Assembly (NCBI GenBank): GCA_943704415.1
Contig: CALSCO010000461.1
Span: forward strand, 1-34,968
Length of the DNA stretch: 34,968 nt
Reading direction: 5' to 3'
Source: Parvularia atlantis
Lineage: Eukaryota
Shown here: piece by piece, positions 12,721 to 31,422 of the stretch
How the letters are laid out: the number at the start of each line of letters is the position of its first letter
How positions within the stretch are numbered: the stretch's first letter is position 1
Translations under genes and position numbers: made by a program
Notes under the pieces: model-generated
Databases searched by the model: none
What the model was told of the DNA's origin: nothing
The model's input: only the letters and a program-made list of their open reading frames with translations

Positions 12721-12824
12721 GCGGTCTAAGGCGTCCGTTTCAGGAAACTGAATCTACGGATCCGAAAGGGCACGAGTTCGAATCTCGTCGTCATCAGTAT
12801 CATAAACCTTGGTGACGTGGCCGA
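12721..12824 (+). tRNA. trnL-CAG: Permuted tRNA-Leu(CAG): 3' part (nt 15-73) at 12721-12796 with a 10-nt intron at 12745-12754; 5' part (nt 1-14) at 12811-12824
   Basis: GCGGTCTAAGGCG D-loop/stem; anticodon stem TCCGT/ACGGA with TT-CAG-G; variable arm CC-GAAA-GG; T arm ACGAG-TTCGAAT-CTCGT; acceptor 3' strand CGTCATC+A. The matching 5' strand GGTGACG-TG-GCCGA lies 14 nt downstream, not upstream. Confidence 0.88.
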
Positions 12825-12839
12825 ATGGGATGTGCCGCA

Positions 12840-12852
12840 TTTTTTTTTTTTT
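12840..12852 (+). terminator. RNA polymerase III oligo-T terminator
   Basis: T13 run 15 nt after the tRNA 5' fragment; no T4 run occurs between the two tRNA fragments. Confidence 0.75.
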
Positions 12853-12895
12853 CTCTTTTTCTTTCTGTCTCGTCCATGCGCGCACGATTGTGCCC

Positions 12896-12937
12896 CCGCT
12901 CGTCTCGCCGCTCGTCTTGCCGCTCGTCTCGCCGCTC
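12896..12937. repeat. 12-bp tandem repeat CCGCTCGTCT(C/T)G x3.5
   Basis: Read directly from the intergenic sequence upstream of the GH31 gene. Confidence 0.85.
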
Positions 12938-13032
12938 TTGCTCGCAATCGGCGCTGCCGCTGCCACGTGACGCGCCATCGATGATCCACGTGGCCCACAC
13001 TTTCCCCGCGTCACAGCACTACCTCACGCGCG

Positions 13033-16194
<3,162 letters not shown>

Positions 16195-16295
16195 GCCCAG
16201 CTCGTCCGGCGGCCCTGTCCTTTTTCATACATCACATTCTTTCCTTGTTTTCCTCTTTGGTCTTGCGCGATTCTTTTTTTTTTTTTCTTTTTTCG

Positions 16296-20969
<4,674 letters not shown>

Positions 20970-21063
20970 GCATTTAGTCCACAGACGTGAGCTGCTTTGT
21001 GCATGTCATGCGCATGAAGCGGGCACTGTGGCGCGCAGATTCGGCTGCGCCGGCGGGGCGCAC

Positions 21064-22961
21064 TCAGACAGAGACAAACTCCTCCCTGAAGACAATGCCC
21101 GCGCCCTTGGCCAGCTGCTCCAGCAGCGGCTCGTACAGGTCCGCGGTCATCGGCGCGATGACGCCGCGCCGCGCCGCCGCGCCGTTGAGCACGAGGTCGG
21201 CCGCGATCGCCGTCGGCAGCCCCACCGTCTTGGCCATGGCCGTGTAGCCGCCGGGCGTGCCGTACTCGATCATGGTCGCGACGCGCCGCTCGCCCGCGCG
21301 GCCGGGCCAGTCGATGTCGAACCGGTGTTGCATGATCACCATGTCGCGCTCGCCCGGCCCAAACACGAGCCGCCGCTGCAGCAGCGCGCACAGGGCGTCG
21401 ATCGGCGTCGCGCTCTCGACGCGCACGCCCTCGTCCAGCACGCCCAGCGAGCGCGCGGCCGCCAGCGCCGCCGCGGCGTCCTCGGCCGTCGCGTGCGCCG
21501 GCAGCAGGCGCCGCGCCGTGTCGATGCTCATGCTCGCCACGCCGTCGAGCCCCTTGGCCTTTGCGAGCTCGCGCGACAGCTGCGCCCACGACCACGCCGA
21601 CGACGCGCCGCGCACGGGCGTCTCGGCCAGGTAGCCGAGCTGCGACAGAAGCTCCATCGCGTGCGAGAAGCCGCGGTAGCGCAGCGTGCCGCGGAAGACG
21701 TCCTGCGCCTCGGGGATGCCATAGAGGTCGCGGTAGGGCAGGGCGTTGCGGTTGGGCAGGTACTCGAGCGCGAGGCCGGCGTAGCCGAGCGTGGTGGGAC
21801 GCGCGTGGCGGAAGAGCTGGCCGCGCTCGGTGCGCTGCGCCTGGCCGCCGACGAGGTACTGCGACTCGTTCAGCCCGGCCGAGAGCACGCCGCGCGGGCT
21901 CCACGAGAACTTGTAGCCGAGGGCGTTGTCCGAGGCCTCGGGCGCGGGCAGGCCGCCGCAGACCGACCAGAAGCCGCGCACGCGTCCGCCCTGGGCGTGC
22001 ACCTCGTGGATCGTTTTGACGGCCGAGAGGTGGTCGATGCCCGGGTCGAGACCAATCTCGTTGAGCACGGTGATGCCCGCGGCGAGCGCGCGCTCGTGCA
22101 GCGCGGCCATCGCGGGCGAGATGTACGACGCCGTAACCATGTTCTTGCGGTGGCGGATGCAGAGCTCGGCCACACGCGGGTGCATGGGCGCGGGCACGAG
22201 GCTGATGACGAGGTCGTGCGCGGCCACGAGCCTGTCAAGCTCGGGGCCGTCGGGCACGCTTGCCGGGACCGCGCGGGCGACGTCGCGGTGGCCGTCGACG
22301 AGCGCCGCGGCCTGCTCCACGTCCACGCTGCCGACCGTCACGTGCGTGTACGGTAGCGCGCACAGATGGTCGACGACCGGCTGCGCGACCATGCCCGATC
22401 CTAGCAGGAGCACGCGGCGCGGCGCGAGCGACGTGACCTTGTAGTGCCCGTGGCGGCCGAGCGAGGTCTGCAGCCGCTCGCTCTGGGCGTGCGGCGCGGT
22501 GAGGCGGCCGTTCTCGGCGATGATGGCACCGCGCAGGATCGCGCTGTAGGCGTCGGGCGAGGGCGCGGTGGCGAGCTCGCGCACGTAGTTGACCAGGGCC
22601 GAGCCGAAGAAGAGCGACGACTCGCGCGCCATCTCGGCCGGCAGGTTGTCAATCGACATGACGAGCAGGCCGTCGCCCTTGAGCGTGCCGTCGTTCTTGG
22701 CGATGCGGTCGCGCCGCGCATCGTACAGGTAGAACGGGTCGTCGATCGTCGTAACGCGGCTCATGAACTCGAGCGAGCCCTCGACGTCGCACGAGATGTC
22801 GGCCACGCCGAGGAAGCGCGCGTCGGGCGCGGCCATGAGTGCGGCCGTCTGCTGCCGCGTGAGCAGGCGCGGGTACTGCGACTCCCAGTAGATGCCGTTG
22901 ACGAGCACGCTCATGTACGGGGCGATCTGGCGGCGGCAGGCACGTTGAGCACGCGACGACG

Positions 22962-23055
<94 letters not shown>

Positions 23056-23661
23056 GCGGTACATACCCGCTCGTGGAAGACTGAGGTGTAGTGGTGCGGG
23101 TTCTTGAAGTAGTCGAGCCGGTCAAACGCGCTCGCGCCATCCTTGTGCACGAGGTAGTCGCCCTCGCGCACAATGCAGCCATAGACGACCTTGGGGTCAA
23201 AGTCACGCGAGGCCACGAGTGCGGGCAGGTCGCGCGGACGAATCCACTGGTGTGGCAGCTGCTCAAAGATCTCCTGGGCGCCGCGCGAGACGTAGCCGTC
23301 GCCGGTAAAGACGCAGACAAAGGGGCCGTACTTGGCTGGGAGGCCCCAGCGCGCAATGTCGCTGCCGACGGCCTCGACGGCCAGCTTGGCGCCGAGGAGG
23401 TTGCGGTACGAGTAGGTCATGCCAATGTTCTGTGTCGGTGCAGGATCAGCGTCTGCGCGCTTGTGCGAGGGACACAGGGGGCGTGCGCACGCGCGCGCTC
23501 ACCAGGAACGGCGTGCTGTTGCCGAGGGCGAGCAGGCGTTTGCCCAGGCCGTGGAAAAAGTCGATGAAGCCGGCGTAGCCCGCGAACGTGCCGAAGCGGA
23601 CGAGGCGCTGGCCCGCGGCGTCCTTGAGCAGCTCATAGTCGATGAGGCGGATGCTCTGCGC

Positions 23662-23732
<71 letters not shown>

Positions 23733-24158
23733 AGCAGACGTGCACCGCACACCGGCGCGACGCACCCGGTCGAGCACGGCGCGGAGCATGGGCATGTTGT
23801 AGGCCTGGCCCTTGTGCGTGTGCGAGAACATGAGGTAGGTCTTGCCGGCGACGAGGTGCGGGATGGGGACCTCCTTCACGCCGAGGATGATGTCGGCGGC
23901 CGAGACGTCATCCACGACGCGCGCGCCCGCGTGCTCAAACTCGGCGTCGTTGAAGACGCGCCGCGACGACGCCTGGACGAGCACGGGCACGCCGTCCTCG
24001 ACCAGGCTGCGGACGTGCGCAGGCGCGATGGGCGTGCGCCGCTCCCACTGGTTCTTGTCCTCGCGGCGCACGCCGACGACGCGCGCCGAGGTGGCGGTGG
24101 CGGCGGCGGTGGCGGCAGGGCGCGCCGCGGTCGCGAGGCGGCGGCGCGCAGCGAGCAT
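21064..24158 (-). CDS. AASS: Alpha-aminoadipic semialdehyde synthase (bifunctional lysine-ketoglutarate reductase/saccharopine dehydrogenase), mitochondrial
   Basis: Arg/Ala-rich presequence, RREDKNQWERRTP, ILGVKEVP, FSHTHKGQAYNM, ADISCD, SIDNLPAEM; SDH domain LLLGSGMV, EIGLDPGIDH, YKFSWSPRG, MAKTVGLP. Confidence 0.96.
22966..23050. repeat. (CA)n microsatellite inside an AASS intron
   Basis: Perfect AC run between donor GTATGT and acceptor CCAG on the minus strand. Confidence 0.97.
23666..23731. repeat. (GT)n microsatellite inside the first AASS intron
   Basis: Perfect GT run. Confidence 0.97.
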
Positions 24159-24218
24159 GGTTCCCACGGTTCGTGTCACAGTTCGAGACCCTTCTCGAAG
24201 CGCCGCGAAAGAGCCGCC

Positions 24219-25303
24219 ATGCTCCGCACCGGCGCCGCGGTCGTCGTCGCGGGCGCGGCCTGGTACGGGCTCAAGTGGGCCACGCCCGGGTCCGGCGCGG
24301 TCGTGCTCGCGTCGGACGACCCGCTGCATGCGACCGAGTACCCGTGGCCGCACAAGAGCTTCTTCGGCGCCTACGACCACGCCGCGTACGTCGACCCCGT
24401 CGCGTAGACCCACGTGAACGGCCCTTTCCTTGCCTTTCCCTTGCGCACGTCGCGCACGTCGCGCACACCGCGCACACCGCGCACACCGCGCTCACCGCGC
24501 TCACCGCGCGCCACGCGCAGGATCCGCCGCGGCTACGAGGTCTATAAGCAGGTGTGCTCGTCGTGCCACTCGCTCAACCGCGTGGCCTTCCGCAACCTCG
24601 TCGGCGTGAGCCACACGACGGCCGAGGCCAAGGCCATCGCCGAGGAGGTCGAGGTCGAGGACGGGCCGGACGACAAGGGCGACATGTTCAAGCGCCCCGG
24701 CAAGCTCTCAGACTACTTCCAGCCGCCCTACGCCAACGAGAACCAGGCCCGCGCGACCAACAACGGCGCATACCCGGTCGACCTCTCGCTCATCACCAAG
24801 GCCCGCCACGGCGGCGAGGACTACGTCTTCGCCCTGCTCACTGGCTACAAGGAGCCGCCCGCAGGCATCGAGGTCCGCCCGGGCCTGTACTACAACCCGT
24901 ACTTTGCCGGCGGCGCCATCGCCATGCCGCAGCAGCTGTACGATGGCATGGTCGAGTACTCGGACGGCACGCCGTCGACCGCGAGCCAGATGGCCAAGGA
25001 CGTTGCCACGTTCCTGTCGTGGGCCGCCGAACCCAACCTGGAGGAGCGCAAGCTGATGGGCATGCGGGTGCGTGCAGTGGCGCGATGGCTCAACCCACAT
25101 ACACACACACACACACACGCACGCACGCGCGCGTGTGCGCAGGCCTTTGCCCTGCTCGGGCTCGGCGCCGTCACGTCGCTCTACCTCAAGCGCTTCAAGT
25201 GGGCGTACCTCAAGGTGCGCGCACGCTTTGCGTGTGCGCACGGTCGCTCATGCTCGCGCGCGCGCTCCAGGCCCGCAAGGTCGTCTACAACCCGCGCATG
25301 TGA
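24219..25303 (+). CDS. CYC1: Cytochrome c1, mitochondrial bc1 complex, 4 exons
   Basis: [27 protein letters not shown] (CxxCH), [35 protein letters not shown]; stop TGA 25301-25303. Confidence 0.97.
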
Positions 25304-25465
25304 TGCGGCACGGCCCCGCTCAAGCGTCTCCCCGTCGTGTGTCGTGCGTCGTGCGTGGTGTGTGTGTGTGTGCTCATTGTTCGTGCGTGCGTGTTCGTTC
25401 TATCATTTGGCGCGGTGAAGCGGCGGGGCATTTCGGGGGTGGCAGCACAGGCCGCCATGGGGTGT

Positions 25466-27867
25466 TCAGCGGCGGGCCTCGTCGAACGTGCACGGGCCGG
25501 GGCAGACCTGCTCGTGCACCTCGCGCAGCAGCAGCGCCGCCGTGCGCTCGACAAACGACTGCTGCGCGTAGACAAAGTTGTGCTGCGCACCGCACGCGTG
25601 AGTTCTCGCAGCATCAGCGACCTCTCGCGTGACGCACCGTGTCGAAATTGCGGTCCGGCGGCGTGTTGTAGATCGGCACCTCGGGCACGTTGAACTCGTA
25701 GCTGCGGGACACGTCGCGGGCTCAGCGCGCTCGCTCGGCGGACACGCGGCAGACGGGTGCACCCCATGATGATGTGTCCAAAGGCGATGCTTGTGCCGGC
25801 GATGATGTTGATGCCGTACTGCGTCTCGTTGGCGCGGCCCGTGACGATGTTGCTGAACGTGCGCGCGCCCATGCCGCGCGCCATGTTGTTGGCACCGAGG
25901 TAGGTCACCTGTGCATCGCCCTTGGCCCAGATTATCTGCGTCTTTTTGCGCGGGTTGGTCGCGAGCTCGTCAACCCAGCCCACGTTCTCGACGTGGTCCC
26001 AGAGGATCTGCGCACGCGCGAACGTGAGCCGGCCAGCCGTCGCGCCGCGCGCGGCACCTGCAGCGCCGATAGCAGGTTTAGCCGGTCGAACGGGTCCTTG
26101 TACCGGCCGGTGAGGATCGCCCAATACGGCCGGAACGGCTCGGCGCGCGGCAGGAGCAGCACAAACGGCCCGCCGGGCACGCCAAAGACGCCGCGGTCGA
26201 TGTCCTCCGATAGGCTCGTGATCGTCGGGCCGTAGATGCCGCCCTGCCACGGTCATGTGCGTGCTGCGGCCTCGCGCGCGACCCAGCACACCTGCGAGTA
26301 GCCGAGGTAGCCGAGCCGGCGGTCGTCGGACAGGAGCACCGAGCGGTTATTGTAGATCACGACGGGGTCCTCGGCCAGCGCGCCCAGCACAAGCTTGGTC
26401 AGGACGAGGTGGTTGACAACGCCCTGCATGCAGCTGTGCGGGATGATCGCGGCGTCGCTCACGTCGGTCGCGAGCCTGTCGTACGGCGCGCGCAGAGCAG
26501 TGAGCACTGCGCCTCGCCGCTCGCACGGTGCGCACATCTCCGAGATGGCCGCGACGTCGCGCGAGGCCATGCCGTGCATGTTGGTCGCGTAGAGCACGAG
26601 CCCAAACTCGTTCGCGCCTCGCTGGAGCTCCGCCTGGAGCACGATGAAGTGGTTCTGGAACAGACCGTGGCCAAACTGCACGGTGGCGCGCGTGGGCTGC
26701 GTGCCGTCGGCCACGCTTCGCGGGATCAGCAGCGAGAACGGTGCAAAGCCCTCGGTCTGGTACACGGGCATGCCCTCGCCGTCCTGCACGAGCTTGCCGC
26801 CGGGCTGGTTCGTGTTGAGGTACCAGGGCACGCGGAACGTGCCGACGACGTGGCGCGCCCCGTCCTCGCTCACGTCGTCCGTGACTTGGAGGATGCGGTA
26901 GTCGACGCCGATGCGGGCCACGCGCTCGAGGGCGTCGCGCACCATGAATCGCAGCGGCTCGCGCGTGTTGGTCTCGGACGCGACCGTAAACTCCCACGCG
27001 ATCACGAGCGAGCCGCGCGCGTAGCCCGCGCGCTCGAGCAGCGGGAAGATGTCCTGCTCGTAGAGCGCGCGCCGGCCCTCGACGTCGTAGTCGCCCGACG
27101 GCAGGCCGTCGCGCAGCTGCACGAACGCGGTCGACGGCGTCACGGCGCCGCCGCTCTCGGTCGCGAGGGTGCGGTACGCGACCACGTAGCGGCGCGCGTA
27201 GGCGAGCGGCGCGGCCGGCCAGAGCATGAGCATGTGGTTGTCTGACACGACGTCGTCCGAGCGCTCGTCAACCTCGACCCAGTGCGCCACGCGCTCGCCC
27301 GTCGCCGTGTCGATGAGCACCGAGGGGCAGTCGGCGTCGAGGCTGCGCACAATGTCCTGCGCGTCACGTCAGCAGACGTCCGCGGCCACTCGCGCGCGCA
27401 CGGCCGCACCCAGTGCCGCGGCAGGCGCGAGCGGTCAAGCGACACGTCGCGGAAGTAGGTCGAGAGCGGCATGAGCCGGCCGAAGCCGTCGCGGAAGAGC
27501 CAGTCGGCCTGCGCAGGGAGGAGGGCCAGGGGGGCGTCAAGGCCGAGAAGCAGCGCTCGCGCGACGACCGCGCTCACGGGGTCGATCGTCGCGCTGTCGT
27601 TGGCCACGGGCAGCGACGCCGACGAGATGGCCAGGCGCAGGCCCGTGCCCGTGGTCGGGTCCGGGCGCAGGTAGAAGTCGTTCGGGACTGCGTGCAGGAC
27701 CAGCAGGTCAGTGTGCGGAGATTCGGCACGTGCCCCACGCGCGCCGACGACGCACACGGCAGCAGGCAGTTCTCGGGCGTGAGCGGATCGCACGGCGAGA
27801 ACGATTGCGCGCGCGCGAGCGGCCCCGCGGCCGCGGCCAGCGCGAGCGCCACGAGCACGACGGTCAT
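25466..27867 (-). CDS. Secreted alpha/beta-hydrolase-fold protein resembling bacterial extracellular lipase-like proteins, multi-exon
   Basis: Signal peptide MTVVLVALALAAAAG, CDPLTPENCLLPVPNDFY..TGTGLRL, FGHGLF, nucleophile elbow GYSQGGIYG (joined across an intron), GDAQV; stop TGA 25466-25468. Confidence 0.7.
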
Positions 27868-27934
27868 GTGTGCGGTGAACGGCTCAACTTGTCTGATAAT
27901 ATTATGGGCCGAACTGACTGGGCCCTCGCTCTGC

Positions 27935-29867
27935 TCAGCCCACCGGCAATGAAAGCAGCTCAAACGTGCGCCCGGTCAGCAGCCGGTCCGACGACGTCGC
28001 CGTCAGCGTCGCCGCCGGCAGCGCGTGCAGCCCGCGCCCACCGGCCACAAAATGCGCCTGCACGACGGCGCGCGCTCCCTGTGCGAGTGATCTGTCCGAC
28101 TCGTGGTCTCAGTGCCCGCGGCGGCGGTGCCTGGCGTGCGCCACGCACCCGATGCGCACGCCGTTGTCGACCGCCGCGATGCCGCGCACGTCCGTCGGCG
28201 CGGCAAAGGCGAGACTGACCGTCTGTGTGCTGGTGGCGCGGTGCGCGCGGTCAGCCGTCGCGAGCAGCGCAGCGTTCGCCAGAGCGCACGTCGTTGTCGC
28301 GTTGGCTACCATCAGCTCGACCGCGAAGGGCTCGTACGGGCGCCGCACCACGTCCGCCAGCCCGTCGGCTGCCACCGACGTCGTGATGAGCAGGCCGGGC
28401 GGCAGCGGCGCAAGGAGCATCGTGTAGATCGCGTCAAGCGGCCAAAGATGCACGGCCTCGAACGCCGCGCCCGCGTCGACCTCGTACCGCACCGTCACGA
28501 TCGCCTTCCACAGTGGCGACTTGTCGTCGCGCGGGAACGCGCCCACGGGCCGCGCCACACGGTACGCCGCCGCGTGTACCTCGCCCGGCCGCAGCCAGGC
28601 CTCCGTCGCGGGCTGCAGCGGCTGCACGATCAGGCTGCGGCTCAGGCGCGTCGACTGGTGGCTGCCCTCGGCCGCCGAAGAGACGATCTGCATGTCGAGC
28701 GCGCGCACGCGCACGCCCGCAATCTCGACCGGCGCGATGTTGTCGGGCGCGATCGAGTGTGCGTCCGACTCCCACGTCGGCACTGGCGCGGGCAGCGACA
28801 CGGCCGAGCTGACGTTGGGCGCCGCCGCCGCGCTCGTCGCTGCTGCGGCGCTGGCCGCTGCTGCCGCGTTGCTGTTGTTGCGCCGCCGCGAGATCGACCG
28901 AAACGGCGAGAGCGCCTTCTGCACGGGCGAGGCCGCGACGGCGGCGGCGACGACCGAGACGGTGCGCGAGCGCGACGTCGAGGGCTGCTTGGCGCTGTCG
29001 AGCGAGGCGCGAATGGTCGCCGCGGTGGAGGAGGACGAGCTCGAGGTGACGCCGCTGGCGCTGCTGCTGCTGCTGGTGGCCGTCGGCGTCTGCAGCTGGC
29101 CCTGCTCGGTTTGGCGGTGGGACGACTCAGCAAAGCGCACAGCCGCGTGCATCCGGTTCTCGACCTCGAGCACGACCAGCGCCTCGTGCAGCGACCCGCG
29201 CACAGGGACGGCGCGCGCCCGCACGGCCAGCGGCTGGATCGCGACGAGTTCGCGCAGGAAGAAGCGCTGGCGCACGGCGGCCGTCTGTGCCTGCTGCTGC
29301 GTCACCGTGACCATGAGGCTCACGCGATAGTCGTCCTGCGCGCCAAGTGCGTCGAGCTCGACGGCTGATGATGCGAGCGTGAGCGAGCGCGCACACGCGG
29401 CACCACACACCGCGCCACATACCGCATCGCGCACGCAGGGGGATCGCGATCCAGTCTCCCCGCAGCGCCACGTACGCGCCCGTGCGCTGCTCGAGCTGGT
29501 ACTGCTGACGCAGCTGATCGTCGCCGTCATCGGCGTCGGGGCCGGCGCGGCGCACGGTCGATGCGTGCAGCGCCTCTTCGCCGGCCGGCCGCGCGCGCTG
29601 CGGCGGAAAGGCGACGTCGACCGAGACGTCGAGCGAGGCGACAAACTGGCGCAGGGGGTCGGCGGCGGCCCCGGCAGCGGCGGTCGATGCGTCGCGTGCG
29701 AGGTTGTTGACGAGCAGGTAGCACGGCACTAGCTCGCCGCACATCACAACGCTGCGCTGCGCAATCGCCTCGACGTCGGCGTCGGGCGCGAGCGACGGCG
29801 CGGCCGGCACGACGAGGCGCAGGTCGGCCGTCTCGGTCGGCAGCAGGATCGTCGTCGTTGTGGGCAT
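27935..29867 (-). CDS. TRAPP II subunit Trs65/TRAPPC14-like protein, 3 exons
   Basis: N-terminal RSVVMCGELVPCYL, VLEVEN, LRPGEVH, PYEPFAVELMVAN and C-terminal AVDNGVRIGSLAQGARAVVQAHFVAGGRGLHAL resemble the Trs65 domain. Family assignment is from memory. Confidence 0.55.
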
Positions 29868-29896
29868 TCAACACACAAGTGATCGCCCAGTTCCCT

Positions 29897-31345
29897 TCAC
29901 GAGCTGTTGTGCAGGAACTCCATAATGCGCGCCTTCTTGTCCTCGAACTCGGTGTGCAGCTTGGCGATCCACGCGCCGTTGTTGATGATCGCCTCGACCA
30001 CCTTGTCGTCCGTCATGTGCCGCTGCAGCTCGAGCACCTCGTGCCCGACCGTCTGGTACAGTTGCAGGCGGCAGTGCTGCAGCCAGTGGAAGTAGCCGGC
30101 CTTGCGCGCACAGTGCCGCCCGACGTGGAACAGGACGTCGTGCTCGTCGTCACCCTCGGCCTCAATCACCTCGAACGTGACCGGATCGTACTTGGGCCCG
30201 TGCAGCCGCAGCGAGACCGTGGCCGTGTGGTTCGAGCTGCGTCGTGCGCGCGCGCGTGCGTGTGCGTATGTGAGTCGCCCTTCACTACTGCAGCAGCAGC
30301 GCGCACCGGTTACACGCCTCGCAGTCGCTCCCGCCATGTGACACGCCCGCGACCGAGTCACGCAGGTATGGCCGCTCCTCGAGCACCTCGCGGAAGTGCG
30401 GGCGCCAGGCCGTGCTGTCGCACACACCCTTGATCACGGCCAGGTCGCGGTCGATACGCTCCATTGCCGGGCAAAAGTACGGGTCTGCCAATGCGCTACA
30501 GCGTCAGCGGCGCCTGTGCGCACCCCGCAACAAGCGCACCGCGCTCGTCCACGACCGTGCGGATGAACGTCGGGTCGCACGCGGCCGATGCGAGCAGCTG
30601 CACGTACACCTCGAACGCGTCGGCCGAGGTGTTGTTGGCCGAGAGCGAGAAGCGCTCCGGCAGCTGCGTCGCCGCGGTCTGCGTCGCCGCCGCACGCCTG
30701 TTGTGGTCGCTTCGCGCGGTGAGGCGCCCGTACGTGCCCTGCGACGCCTGCAGCACGGTCATGAGCGACGGCAGGTCGTCGGTCTGCGTCGTCGCCGTCG
30801 ACGACCGACCCCCGTTGCAGCGGCGGCGGCGGCGGCGGCGGCGGCGTCGCTCATCCTCGTCCGCGTCCTCGTCCTCGTCGTCGCGCACGATGAACCCGTC
30901 GAGGTCTACGCGCACGGCTCAGACACGCTGTCGCTGGGCCCCCCCTTGCCGCGCGCGCACCGTCCTCGTCCTCGTCGCCCGGCGGCGCATCGGCCTGTGC
31001 GGCACACGCGGCCGCGCCCGCGGCGACGTCCTCACGAACGCGCGACGTCCACGACGGCCACGGCCACATCGCGCTCTCGTCTAGCCGGCGCTGCCGCTTG
31101 GCGGGCGGCCGCGGCGCGCGGAACGCATCGTCGTCGTCGTAGTCGTCGTTGTCGTCGTCGTCGTCGTCGGTGTGCCCGTTGTCGCCCGGCGCGCCATCGC
31201 TTATATCGCTACTGCTCGCAGCCACCGCAGTGCCCGCGCCCTCGTCATCGCTCTCGCTGTCGTCCCCGCTCCGCTTGCGCAGCCGCCCGCGCGCCGCCGG
31301 CTCCGGTGAGGGCGAGCGTGAGGCGCGCTTCTTCAGTCGCGGCAT
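29897..31345 (-). CDS. DUF4211 / CCDC82-like nuclear protein, multi-exon
   Basis: Acidic/basic N-terminus, DLDGFIVRDDED, AFEVYVQLL, STAWRPHFREVLEERP, CEACNR, LHGPKYD, VGRHCARK..HWLQH. Confidence 0.75.
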
Positions 31346-31422
31346 TGCTTGTCGCCGGCACGTCTGTTCCGCCGCACAGCCAGGCACTTTTGTCGCTTCC
31401 CCTCCCGCCACGCGCGCTGACG

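Noticed and set aside
12721..12796. Simple 5'-truncated tRNA pseudogene, or tRNA-Sec/suppressor read from the TCA in the loop
   Set aside because: All stems are intact and the missing 14 nt are present downstream before the terminator. The stem register puts CAG, not TCA, at positions 34-36.
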